59,216 nucleotides of DNA from a virus (taxonomy: Duplodnaviria > Caudoviricetes). Every line of letters begins with the position of its first letter. Within the stretch, counting starts at the first letter, position 1. The notes under the pieces were generated by a model. That model was not told the DNA's origin, did not search any database, and worked only from the letters and a program-made list of their open reading frames with translations. Where the stretch lies: positions 1 to 59,216 of IMG/VR virus record IMGVR_UViG_3300024040_000027, one strand, 5' to 3'. Below are positions 7,884 to 16,354 of this stretch, piece after piece. The position numbers and the translations under genes were made by a program.

Positions 7884-9253
7884 AGCGCGTTGGATTCAAG
7901 CCTCGCGTCAAGCCGTTGTCCGGGATTCTCCGCACTGCCAGCCTGGCCCCGAGCAAGCCCAGCTTTTCCAGCCGGCCGCGCGCCTCGAAGTTGAAGCCGG
8001 CCGCCAAGCGCATGAAATCAAAGCAGCGCGCCGTGACGGCTGAGGAAAAGGAGCTGTGGGATCGCATGGCGAAGATCGTGGGCCGCGACACACTCACGAA
8101 CCGCGAGCTTTTCCAGCAGCTCGCCCTGCAACTGGACATCCCAGAGGCGGCGCTGGAAGCGCGCGCGCCCGTGGGCAAGGCCGGCAAAGCCTACAACCTG
8201 TTCGAGCGCCGCGTGCGCTGGCACCAGCAGACCCTGAAGCATCTGGGCGTGCTTGAGCGCGTGGAGCGCGGCACCTGGCGCCTGAGCGGCGAGGCCAAGA
8301 AGGAGCTGACGCCGGCGCCGCGCCGCGCCGTCCTGCTGGCGTTCTCGACCGACCTGGGGTGCGCGCTGTGGGCCAACGCCGAGGACGTTTTCACGGGCCT
8401 GGGCGAGCAGATCACCCTGGCCTTCACCTCGCCGCCGTACCCGCTGGCGAAGCAGCGCGCCTACGGCAACGCCGACCAAGCCAGCTACATCGACTGGCTG
8501 CTGCCCATCCTCGAACCCATCGTGGCGCACCTGCGGCCCGGCGGGAGCGTGGTGCTGAACCTGGGCAATGACATCTTCGAGCCGGGTTCGCCGGCGCGCT
8601 CCCTGTACCTGGAGCGGCTGACCCTGGCGCTGCACGACAAGCTGGGTTTGCACCTGATGGAGCGGTTCGTCTGGCACAACCCGACGAAGCCGCCCGGCCC
8701 GGTGCAGTGGGCCTCCATCCGCCGCGTGCATCACAACACGGCCTACGAGCATGTGCTGTGGTTCACCAACGAGCCGGCCCTGGTGGTGGCCGACAACCGC
8801 CGCTGCCTGCGCGAGCACACCGACAAGCACCGGCGGTTCATGGACGCCGGCGGCGTGCAGCAGTACGCCCGCTACGCCGGCGGGGCCTACACCGTCCGCG
8901 AGGGCAGCTTCAGCGCGCCCACCGAGGGCGCCATTGCCCGCAACGTGCTGTCCATCCCGCACCGCGACCCCGACCAGCAGCCCGCGCGCGACTTCGCTGC
9001 GCGGCACGGCCTGCCGGCCCACCCGGCGCTGATGCCCGTGCGCCTGGCCGAGCACTTCGTCCGGTTCCTGTCCGAGGTGGGCGACCTGATTGTTGACCCC
9101 TTCGGTGGCTGGGCCACGACGGGGCGCGGTGCCGAGCTGCACGGCCGGCGCTGGCTTGTGACCGAGCGATGCCGCGAGTACCTGATCGCGGCCGCGCAAC
9201 GCTTCCGGGGTGCCCCCGGTTTTGAAACGTCGATGGAGGGCACCTATGCGTGA
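7880..9253 (+). CDS. Site-specific DNA methyltransferase (beta class, SPPY, likely N4-C) with Mrr-N-like winged helix and a foreign basic N-terminus
   Basis: TSPPY, HPALMP, DPFGGWATTG; FERRVRW...LKHLGVLERVERGTWRL. Confidence 0.85.
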   Translation: MKRVGFKPRVKPLSGILRTASLAPSKPSFSSRPRASKLKPAAKRMKSKQRAVTAEEKELWDRMAKIVGRDTLTNRELFQQLALQLDIPEAALEARAPVGKAGKAYNLFERRVRWHQQTLKHLGVLERVERGTWRLSGEAKKELTPAPRRAVLLAFSTDLGCALWANAEDVFTGLGEQITLAFTSPPYPLAKQRAYGNADQASYIDWLLPILEPIVAHLRPGGSVVLNLGNDIFEPGSPARSLYLERLTLALHDKLGLHLMERFVWHNPTKPPGPVQWASIRRVHHNTAYEHVLWFTNEPALVVADNRRCLREHTDKHRRFMDAGGVQQYARYAGGAYTVREGSFSAPTEGAIARNVLSIPHRDPDQQPARDFAARHGLPAHPALMPVRLAEHFVRFLSEVGDLIVDPFGGWATTGRGAELHGRRWLVTERCREYLIAAAQRFRGAPGFETSMEGTYA

Positions 9254-10274
9254 TTACTCAAAAGTCGGCCCGAAGTTCTGGATTGGCGCCACGGGTAAGC
9301 GCCTGCGCGCGGCCGGCATGGAGGCGCAGATCGTCGCCATGTACCTGCTGACCAGCCCGCACGCCAACATGCTGGGCCTCTACTACTGCCCGACCATGTT
9401 CATCGCCCACGAAACCGGGCTGGGCTTAGAAGGGGCTTCAAAGGGGCTTCAAAGCGCCATCGAAGCCGGATTTTGCGAGTACGACGAGGCTTCCGAAGTG
9501 GTCTGGGTGATCGAGATGGCCTCGTACCAGATCGGGGAGGCGCTCAAGCCCAATGACCTGCGCGTCAAGGGGGTGCAGAACGAGTACGGCTCACTGCCAG
9601 AAAACCCTTATCTGGCGCGGTTTTACGAGAAATACAGCGCGGCCTTCTGCATGTCCGTCTGCCGGGGAAAGGCAAGCCCCTTTGAAGCCCCTTCTAAGCC
9701 CCTACGAAGCCAAGAACAGGAACAGGAGAAAGAACAGGAACAGGAGAAAGAACAGGAACAGGAGAAAGAACAGGAACAGGAACAGGAGAAAGAAATACAG
9801 GGCGCTTCCGCGCCCCGCACCTCCGGTTCCGGTTCGGCTGATGGCGTCGGGACTGAAAAACCGGATGCCCCTGCTGCTGACGACGAAACCCAGCCGGGGG
9901 CTGGGCCTGCCGACCAGCCCGGCAACGGCGCTGGCAACCCTGCCGACGACAGCCTGCCGCGCGCCCTGGGCGTCCGTGAGCTGGTGGCCGAGGGCGTGGA
10001 GCGCCAGCACGCGCTGGACTGGCTGAAGGTGCGCAAGGAGAAGAAGGCCCCCCTGACGCCGACCGCCTGGGACGACGTGAAGGGCGAGGCCAAGAAGGCC
10101 GGCCTCACGCCTGCCGAGGCGGTGAAGGTGTCCGCGACGAACTCGTGGCAGGGCTTCAAGGCGAAGTGGTACGCCCGCCTCCAGCAGGAGGGCCAGTCCA
10201 TGCCGCCAGCCGCTCGCAGCACCGCCCACGGCGGATTCGATCAACGCGATTACGGAACTGGAGGCCGCCTGTGA
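9246..10274 (+). CDS. Phage replication initiator
   Basis: MRDYSKVGPKFW N-terminus, QEQEKE repeat linker, C-terminal DWLKVRKEKKAPLT...WQGFKA domain; precedes DnaC-like gene. Confidence 0.85.
   Translation: MRDYSKVGPKFWIGATGKRLRAAGMEAQIVAMYLLTSPHANMLGLYYCPTMFIAHETGLGLEGASKGLQSAIEAGFCEYDEASEVVWVIEMASYQIGEALKPNDLRVKGVQNEYGSLPENPYLARFYEKYSAAFCMSVCRGKASPFEAPSKPLRSQEQEQEKEQEQEKEQEQEKEQEQEQEKEIQGASAPRTSGSGSADGVGTEKPDAPAADDETQPGAGPADQPGNGAGNPADDSLPRALGVRELVAEGVERQHALDWLKVRKEKKAPLTPTAWDDVKGEAKKAGLTPAEAVKVSATNSWQGFKAKWYARLQQEGQSMPPAARSTAHGGFDQRDYGTGGRL
9422..9701. repeat. Perfect 28-bp inverted repeat made of AAGGGGCTT-like iterons (9422-9449 / 9674-9701); putative origin
   Basis: GGGCTTAGAAGGGGCTTCAAAGGGGCTT vs AAGCCCCTTTGAAGCCCCTTCTAAGCCC. 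Confidence 0.85.
9711..9794 (+). repeat. 18-bp purine-rich tandem repeat GAACAGGAACAGGAGAAA (about 4 copies)
   Basis: Directly visible; encodes EQEQEK. Confidence 0.9.
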
Positions 10275-11083
10275 AAGCCATCGCCGAAATGGGGCTGAAT
10301 AACCCGCCAAAGACCAAGACCGAGCTGTGCGAGAAGCACGGCGAGTTCGAGGCCCGCTGCTTCCTGGGCAGCGTCCGGACGAAGTGCCCGACGTGCAGCG
10401 CCGAGGCCGTCGCCAAGGAGCGGGAGGCCGAGGAAGCCAAGGCGCGCGCCGAGCGCGTGGCTGTCTGGCAGCGCAAGATCGGCGACGCCGGCATCCCCGA
10501 GCGGTTCCGCGACCGCAGGCTGGAAACCTACGTGGCCCGCACCGAGGGGCAGCGCCGTGCCCTGGCATTCGCTAAGAGCTACGCCGACGGCTTTGACGCC
10601 GCGCTGAAGACGGGCCGCTCCGCGCTGTTCATCGGCAAGCCCGGCACGGGCAAGACTCACCTGGCCGTGGGCGTCGGGTTGCAGATCATGGATGACGGCC
10701 GCAGTGTGCTGTTCCTGACCGTCATGCGCGCGGTGCGCCGGGTGAAAGACACCTGGGGGCGCAACAGCACCCAGAGCGAGAGCGAGGCCATCGCGTCGCT
10801 GGTGTTCCCCGACCTGCTCATTCTCGACGAGGTGGGCGTCCAGTTCGGCAGCGACGCCGAGCGGTTGATTCTGTTCGACGTGCTCAACGAACGGTACGAG
10901 AAGCGCCGGCCGACCCTGCTGCTGTCGAACTTCACCCGCGACGAGGTGCAGGCGTTCCTGGGCGAGCGCATCTTCGACCGCCTGCGCGAGGACGGCGGCC
11001 AGTCCGTCGTCTTCGACTGGCCAAGCCATCGGAAAGGGGGCGACCAACGTGTCTCCGCGTATTCGAAAGGAGGGGCAAATTGA
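10271..11083 (+). CDS. DnaC/IstB-like AAA+ helicase loader
   Basis: Zn knuckle, GKPGTGKT Walker A, LLILDEVG Walker B, DRLRE; GTGA overlap. Confidence 0.92.
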   Translation: MKAIAEMGLNNPPKTKTELCEKHGEFEARCFLGSVRTKCPTCSAEAVAKEREAEEAKARAERVAVWQRKIGDAGIPERFRDRRLETYVARTEGQRRALAFAKSYADGFDAALKTGRSALFIGKPGTGKTHLAVGVGLQIMDDGRSVLFLTVMRAVRRVKDTWGRNSTQSESEAIASLVFPDLLILDEVGVQFGSDAERLILFDVLNERYEKRRPTLLLSNFTRDEVQAFLGERIFDRLREDGGQSVVFDWPSHRKGGDQRVSAYSKGGAN

Positions 11084-11373
11084 ATCCGATTGAACACATG
11101 GTTCAGCAGATGCTCGCGGCGAAGCCGGAGGCCGATCAAGAGCCGGGCCCGAATAGGTACGCCCTGGCTGATGACGATTTGGGCCTGCGGGTTCTGAGCT
11201 GCATCAAGCAGCACTCGACGCCTGTCAAGGGGGTGACGGTGCGGTTCCTCGCCGGCCTGCTGAACGAGGACTCGCAGGAATTGAGCAAGGCGATACAGCG
11301 GCTTCGGCTTCACAACTACATTTTTTCGCGTGAAGCGGAACTCGGTGTTGGGAAGCTGTGGATAGCCCGGTAA
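11080..11373 (+). CDS. Hypothetical winged-helix protein
   Basis: ORF track, TTGA overlap, RBS GGAGG. Confidence 0.6.
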   Translation: MNPIEHMVQQMLAAKPEADQEPGPNRYALADDDLGLRVLSCIKQHSTPVKGVTVRFLAGLLNEDSQELSKAIQRLRLHNYIFSREAELGVGKLWIAR

Positions 11374-11630
11374 TGAAATGCGCCTTGTGTGAGGCCGATG
11401 GCCCGCTGTTCAACGCGAATCGGGAGTGCTGCCAGATCCGCGCTCTGGCCAATGCGCCGACAGAACGGCGAGCGGCGGCGCTGTTGAGCATCAAGGAGAC
11501 CAAGGGCAAGACGGAGGCGAACCGGATCATGGAATTGACCAATGCCGAGCGGCGCGCTCGAAAGGAGCGCGGGCAGCAGAAGGCAAAGCTGGAAATTCAC
11601 AACATGGTTTCCAGCAGAAAGGGAGGGTAG
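11373..11630 (+). CDS. Hypothetical Cys-containing protein
   Basis: MKCALC...ECC; TAATG coupling. Confidence 0.6.
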   Translation: MKCALCEADGPLFNANRECCQIRALANAPTERRAAALLSIKETKGKTEANRIMELTNAERRARKERGQQKAKLEIHNMVSSRKGG

Positions 11631-11633
11631 GTG

Positions 11634-11800
11634 ATGGCGCGCGGAGTGGTTTTGATGCTGATTTTGTGGGGGTCGATCTTTGTCCTCCTGATGAATCACA
11701 GAAATTGGAGGGCGCGAACGGCATCGCGGCTTTCGGATGGGCCTGCATCGCAGGGGTGGTCGTGGCAATTGTGGCTTTTTTAATCATTTCTTTGGGATAG
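11634..11800 (+). pseudogene. Small 2-TM protein split by an apparent frameshift near 11715
   Basis: TM1 MARGVVLMLILWGSIFVLLM in one frame, TM2 FGWACIAGVVVAIVAFLIISLG in another. Confidence 0.45.
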
Positions 11801-11806
11801 GTAGAC

Positions 11807-12604
11807 ATGAAAAATGCAATCAAAGTGGTGTTGGCGGCGGTGGCGCTGATGTTTTTGTTTTCGGCGTGTACCCGGATCGAAACCGGGCATGTCGGCGTGC
11901 GGACGAGTTTCAACGGCGAGGTATCGATGGACCCGCTTGGCGTCGGATTCCATCAGTCGATGATCGGCAGCATCAAGCAGTTCGTCGCCAATGAAATGAC
12001 GCTGGAGATCAGGGATTTGACGCCGCAGACGAAGGACCGGACCAATCTGTCCGATTTGGATTTGACCTTCACCTATTCGGTAGTGGCAGCCGAAATCCCC
12101 GAACTGATCACCAAGTACAAGGGGCGCGACCTGGAGGCCAATGGATCAACCTATCCGGTTGGTGCCTACGTCATCAACGTGGTGCAGACGGCTACCACGG
12201 ATGTCATTTCGCGCTATGACGCGCTGACCGCAAATGAAAGCCGCGACGCGATCAGGCAGGCGATCAAGGCGCGCGCCGATGAAATCCTGAAGGAGGACGG
12301 GCTGAAGGGGCGGGTGGTGGTGCATCAAGTATTCATCAAGAACCTGGCGATCGCCCAGGCACTGCGCGACTCGGCGATGGCGGTGATCACGGCGCAAAAC
12401 GCCCTCAAGGCCAAAGAATTCGAGGTCCGTACTGCGGAGAAGGAGGCCGATCGCATGGCGGCGCTTTCCAAACAGACCGGGCCGGAATACACCAACCTTT
12501 TGAAGGCGCAGGCAGATATGAGGATCGCGGAAGCAGTGGCCTCCGGCAAGGTCAATACGATCGTGATCCCTCACAACTTCAGCGGCATCGTCAACGTCAA
12601 ATAG
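11807..12604 (+). CDS. SPFH/Band-7/prohibitin family protein
   Basis: FSAC-TRIETGHVGVR N-terminus, AEKEA coiled coil. Confidence 0.9.
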   Translation: MKNAIKVVLAAVALMFLFSACTRIETGHVGVRTSFNGEVSMDPLGVGFHQSMIGSIKQFVANEMTLEIRDLTPQTKDRTNLSDLDLTFTYSVVAAEIPELITKYKGRDLEANGSTYPVGAYVINVVQTATTDVISRYDALTANESRDAIRQAIKARADEILKEDGLKGRVVVHQVFIKNLAIAQALRDSAMAVITAQNALKAKEFEVRTAEKEADRMAALSKQTGPEYTNLLKAQADMRIAEAVASGKVNTIVIPHNFSGIVNVK

Positions 12605-12658
12605 CGGCGTTGCCGGCCATTGCGGGTTCGCCTTGGCCGGCGCGCGGGTAAGGAAAAC

Positions 12659-12964
12659 ATGGGACCGGGAAAAGTAATCGGCGCGGGGCTGGGCCAGTTG
12701 GAGCGGGACGATGGCCCCAATTGGCAACTCAGCGAGGACGCGCTTGTGAGGAGCAAGCACTACGCATTTTCTTACAAGGGAATCAGGATCGATCCCTATC
12801 GCATCATGGACTTGTACAAGATCACGCACCCGGCGCACCAGCACGCGATCAAGAAGCTGTTACGGGCAGGGGAGTCAACCAAGTCGCTGCGGCAGGACGT
12901 GGAGGAAACGATCGACACCCTGCAGCGCTGGCTTCGCATGATGGATGAGGATCACCAGAAGTAG
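12659..12964 (+). CDS. Conserved phage hypothetical protein
   Basis: IDPYRIMDLYKITHPAHQHAIKKLLRAG motif. Confidence 0.7.
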   Translation: MGPGKVIGAGLGQLERDDGPNWQLSEDALVRSKHYAFSYKGIRIDPYRIMDLYKITHPAHQHAIKKLLRAGESTKSLRQDVEETIDTLQRWLRMMDEDHQK

Positions 12965-13011
12965 GGCGGATGTGCGCCCACTAGCACAGTAAAAATCCAT
13001 AAGGAATAGGC

Positions 13012-13506
13012 ATGGCAAAAGGCGCACGTTTATCTGATGCCGAGTTCACGGCGGTCTTGGCGCAGCAGAGGGCCAGGACCGCCGCCAACAAGGCCGCGCC
13101 GGCCCTGCCGGCTGCCGGCAGGGCCGAGCTGGCGCTGCGCCGCGATGGTGCAAAAAGGCGTTTCCAGGCACTGGGTCGGCTTCCCAAGGACCGGATGAAC
13201 AAGACCGAGGCGGCGTATGCGGCCTGGCTTGAGCAAGAGCAATCGGTTGGTCGCATCCTTGGCTGGAAGTTTCATCCGATGAATGTGCGGCTGGCGGCAA
13301 ACACGTTTTACGAGGTCGATTTTCTTGTGCTGGACGCAGATTTCCGGCTGTCTATCCGGGAGATCAAGGGTGGATTCACGACGGACAAGGGACAAATGAA
13401 GATCAAGTTATGCGCCGAGGCACTTCCGTGGTTTCAGTTCTTGAAGGTGACGAAGTTGACGGCGAAGCAGGGTGGCGGCTGGAAGGTGGAGGATTTCAGC
13501 GCATGA
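13012..13506 (+). CDS. PD-(D/E)xK endonuclease (DUF1064-like, putative resolvase)
   Basis: MNKTEAAYA...YEVDFLV...EIKGG. Confidence 0.8.
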   Translation: MAKGARLSDAEFTAVLAQQRARTAANKAAPALPAAGRAELALRRDGAKRRFQALGRLPKDRMNKTEAAYAAWLEQEQSVGRILGWKFHPMNVRLAANTFYEVDFLVLDADFRLSIREIKGGFTTDKGQMKIKLCAEALPWFQFLKVTKLTAKQGGGWKVEDFSA

Positions 13507-13922
13507 GATCTACGCGAAACAACATGGCCGGCTTGCGCGCGATCGTTGGTCGGCAAAAGATCGGCGCATCGGATGCGGCTGATATCGAGTTGCCGGTACG
13601 GATTCACTTCGAGGCCATCCATCGCGGTGAGGGCACGGCAGCCGGAGAGAATTTTGTCGTGTTCACGGTGATGACGGGGCTGGTGGTCGCAAATTCGATC
13701 AAAAGCCGTCTGCTGTACGACATCGGGTTTGCTGCCTACGAAGCATTGCGCCGGGCCAGCGAGCGGCCGACGCCGGTGCTGACACTGACAACCGGAGAAT
13801 TCAAGGCAGTTTGCGCATTTTTCAAGTCGTACTTCTCGCTTCTGCCGAGCCTCGACCTCAAAACGCTGCATGGCGCTGCGCTGGTTGCAGCCCAGCAGTT
13901 GGAGCGATCCAAGGCCGCATAG
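13503..13922 (+). CDS. Hypothetical phage protein
   Basis: ATGA overlap; ORF track. Confidence 0.6.
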   Translation: MRSTRNNMAGLRAIVGRQKIGASDAADIELPVRIHFEAIHRGEGTAAGENFVVFTVMTGLVVANSIKSRLLYDIGFAAYEALRRASERPTPVLTLTTGEFKAVCAFFKSYFSLLPSLDLKTLHGAALVAAQQLERSKAA

Positions 13923-13949
13923 CCGATTGATGTATTTCTACACCACAAG

Positions 13950-14261
13950 CTAGGGCTTTTTTGAGCGGGGGGCACGGATGGGGCTGTGTGGCGTGGGCGT
14001 ATCGGTAGGCGCCTCCTCCCGATCCAGTTTCTTCAGCGTGTCGTCAATAAAAGCAAGCATCAGGCGTTTTATGCGCTCGCCATCGCTGCCAGATGGAACA
14101 CTGACGCTGCTGCGCTGGAAGGACGCTTGGAGCCTGGCAACGATTTCGGAATTCATCGATCGGCCGGATTCCTCCGCGGCCTTTTGGATTGCCGCATGAA
14201 CATCGCGCGGAAGGCGAAGCGCGGTTTTTATGAAATCGTCCTGGTTGGAAAGTGTGGCCAT
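13950..14261 (-). CDS. Arc/Mnt-family ribbon-helix-helix repressor (Mnt position)
   Basis: ALRLPRDVHAAIQKAAEESGRSMNSEIVARL. Confidence 0.9.
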   Translation of the reverse strand: MATLSNQDDFIKTALRLPRDVHAAIQKAAEESGRSMNSEIVARLQASFQRSSVSVPSGSDGERIKRLMLAFIDDTLKKLDREEAPTDTPTPHSPIRAPRSKKP

Positions 14262-14303
14262 GACGAGATTGTACCGAGAACAGAGGAAAGATTTAAAAAA
14301 TGC

Positions 14304-14358
14304 TTGCCTTCACCGTAAAGGCAGCCTAAACTTCTCTATGTGCCTTCATGGTGAAGGC
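14304..14358 (+). promoter_or_regulatory. Pant-like promoter with two palindromic operators
   Basis: TTGCCT-N17-TAAACT; TGCCTT-N7-AAGGCA (14305-14323) and GCCTTCA-TGG-TGAAGGC (14342-14358). Confidence 0.8.
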
Positions 14359-14371
14359 TTAAGGAGAAAAT

Positions 14372-14539
14372 GTGAGCCAACAAGAGAAGCCATATCCACT
14401 ACGTCTGGACCCTGGCCTTAAGGCGTGGCTGGCAGAGCGCGCAAAAATCAGTCGACGGAGCTTGAACAGCGAAATCCATTTGAGACTTGAAGACAGCCGC
14501 AGTCAGGAAAAAGAGAAAACGCAGGAGATGAAGGCATGA
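14372..14539 (+). CDS. Arc-family repressor (55 aa, absent from ORF track)
   Basis: AAGGAG RBS, GTG start: MSQQEKPYPLRLDPGLKAWLAERAKISRRSLNSEIHLRLEDS...; ATGA overlap with ant. Confidence 0.85.
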   Translation: MSQQEKPYPLRLDPGLKAWLAERAKISRRSLNSEIHLRLEDSRSQEKEKTQEMKA

Positions 14540-15261
14540 ACAAAATCATGAGCATTGACGCCCTGACCATGTCGAGCCAGGAGATTGCCGAGATGGTTGA
14601 GTCCCGTCACGACAGCGTGAAGCGGACCATTGAACGCCTTGCGAATCAAGGAGTTATCTCACTTCCACCATTGGTGGATGTCAAAATCCAGCGTGAAAGA
14701 AGGGAGGAAACCGTCGGTGCATACCAGTTCTCAGGCGAACAGGGCAAGCGCGACAGCATCGTTGTGGTGGCCCAACTTTCGCCCCAGTTCACCGCACGCT
14801 TGGTCGACCGCTGGCAAAAATTGGAGCAGATGATTGCCAAGCCAGATCCGATGACCACATTGAACGATCCGGCCGCGATGCGGGGTTTGCTGCTGAGCTA
14901 CACGGAAAAGGTGCTATCCCTTGAGGAAACGGTGAGCACACTCCAGCCGAAGGCGGAAGCGCTGGATCGTCTTGCCACCGCTGATGGTTCGTTGTGTATC
15001 CGGGATGCCGCCAAGTCGCTGCAAGTTCAGGAAAAACGCCTGAAGCAGTTCCTGAATGAACATCGCTGGGTCTACCGACGGCCGATGGGGTCAAGCTGGC
15101 TGGCCTATAGCGACAAGCTGCAAATGGGCCTGATGGAGCACAAGATCACGCGCGGCGAGAAAGGCGATGGCTCGGAGTGGGTTGACACTCAACCGCGCAT
15201 CACAGCAAAGGGTTTGGCGCGCCTCTCGCAACTGCTGGGGATAGAACGTGCAGTGGCGTAG
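14536..15261 (+). CDS. ant: Antirepressor: Rha N-domain + KilA-C (ANT) domain
   Basis: MSSQEIAEMVESRHDSVKRTIE, PQFTARLVDRWQ, PKAEALD...ITAKGL. Confidence 0.9.
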   Translation: MNKIMSIDALTMSSQEIAEMVESRHDSVKRTIERLANQGVISLPPLVDVKIQRERREETVGAYQFSGEQGKRDSIVVVAQLSPQFTARLVDRWQKLEQMIAKPDPMTTLNDPAAMRGLLLSYTEKVLSLEETVSTLQPKAEALDRLATADGSLCIRDAAKSLQVQEKRLKQFLNEHRWVYRRPMGSSWLAYSDKLQMGLMEHKITRGEKGDGSEWVDTQPRITAKGLARLSQLLGIERAVA

Positions 15262-15444
15262 CGGGGAAGGGCGGCCTAAATTCAGGATGGTGGTTGATCA
15301 TCAAATTTCACATTGTGGTAAATCTGACGGTTTCCGGCAGATCAGATACCCTCTTTTGAGAGCAGCACAAAATGCCCAAAAGAAAAGCCCCGATCAATGC
15401 TTGCCGGCGAGATCAGGGCTTAGATTCCAATCGATAGGAAAGGA

Positions 15445-15648
15445 ATGAACATGCAGGTTATCACCTCGCCCGCAGGGGCGCAAGAGCAGTTGCGGCTATC
15501 GCTGACCGAAATGCAGCTTCTCCAGAATTTCCGGAGGATGGATGGCAGCGCGCAAAGGATATACGCAGAGGCGATGAAACGGGAAGGTATGAACGCGAGA
15601 AGCCTGAAAATGGCATCCCTGCGGCTGGTGACCGGAGGTGCAGCATGA
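15445..15648 (+). CDS. Small helical protein resembling XRE-repressor C-terminal domain
   Basis: LSLTEMQLLQNFRRMD...LRLVTGG. Confidence 0.6.
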   Translation: MNMQVITSPAGAQEQLRLSLTEMQLLQNFRRMDGSAQRIYAEAMKREGMNARSLKMASLRLVTGGAA

Positions 15649-16010
15649 TGGGGGAACCGATGAAAACAGACAATGCAGCGACATCAGGCGCATGCGTGAT
15701 GGACACGGTAATGAGCGTCTACGGCCCGTCCGATCTTGATATTGCGAATGCTGCCGTGGCGAAGCGCGACAACACCCTGCCAACGATGACCGAGGCGGAA
15801 TATCTCGCCGTTCCCGACGATTGCCGAGGCATATGGAGCAGCGAGCGCACCGACTGGTTGAACTGGGATCAGGTGCGCGATCAGTACATGGGAAAGCGCA
15901 CGCTTATGCGTAACGGTGGCCTTGAGGTGGAGGGGTTCTCGTTCCGTATCGTTCCCGCTACCTGTACCGCGCTGGAGAAGGCTGAAGCTATCGCGCCAGC
16001 CACGGAATAG
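15645..16010 (+). CDS. Hypothetical protein
   Basis: ORF track; ATGA overlap. Confidence 0.55.
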   Translation: MMGEPMKTDNAATSGACVMDTVMSVYGPSDLDIANAAVAKRDNTLPTMTEAEYLAVPDDCRGIWSSERTDWLNWDQVRDQYMGKRTLMRNGGLEVEGFSFRIVPATCTALEKAEAIAPATE

Positions 16011-16033
16011 GTCCGACAACATAGGAGGATGGC

Positions 16034-16354
16034 ATGCACATTTCAGCCGCAGAAAATTTTGTCATGGGGCGCGCCGTGTTCGAAATGGAACAGCGTGAAG
16101 CCCGCGCCGAAGCGATCGTTGAACGCGCATCAGAAATCCAGCTTCCGGGAGGCGAGTGCGACCCGTTCGATGCTTCCAACCTGGAAGAGGCGATCACGGA
16201 GGCAAGTCGCGCAGATTTCGCCGCACTGGCGAGTCTGCTGAATGCCGGCGACGACCTGGCGGCCGGCGCACGCCTGCGACAGATCACGACGAAGTATTGG
16301 GAATTGCAAGCGCCGTACTATGCGGAATGGCAGCTTGAGAACGAGGGCCACTGA
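16034..16354 (+). CDS. Hypothetical acidic protein
   Basis: AGGAGG RBS; ORF track. Confidence 0.65.
   Translation: MHISAAENFVMGRAVFEMEQREARAEAIVERASEIQLPGGECDPFDASNLEEAITEASRADFAALASLLNAGDDLAAGARLRQITTKYWELQAPYYAEWQLENEGH

Noticed and set aside
8018-9199. 393-aa antisense ORF (also 51682-52959, 52993-54303, 55894-57453 and similar)
   Set aside because: Shadow ORFs of GC-rich genes with no recognisable motifs, unlike the HNH at 44248
6347-9253. Complete restriction-modification system
   Set aside because: The nuclease looks MmcB-like, and such phage MTases are usually solitary; no evidence of a cognate REase
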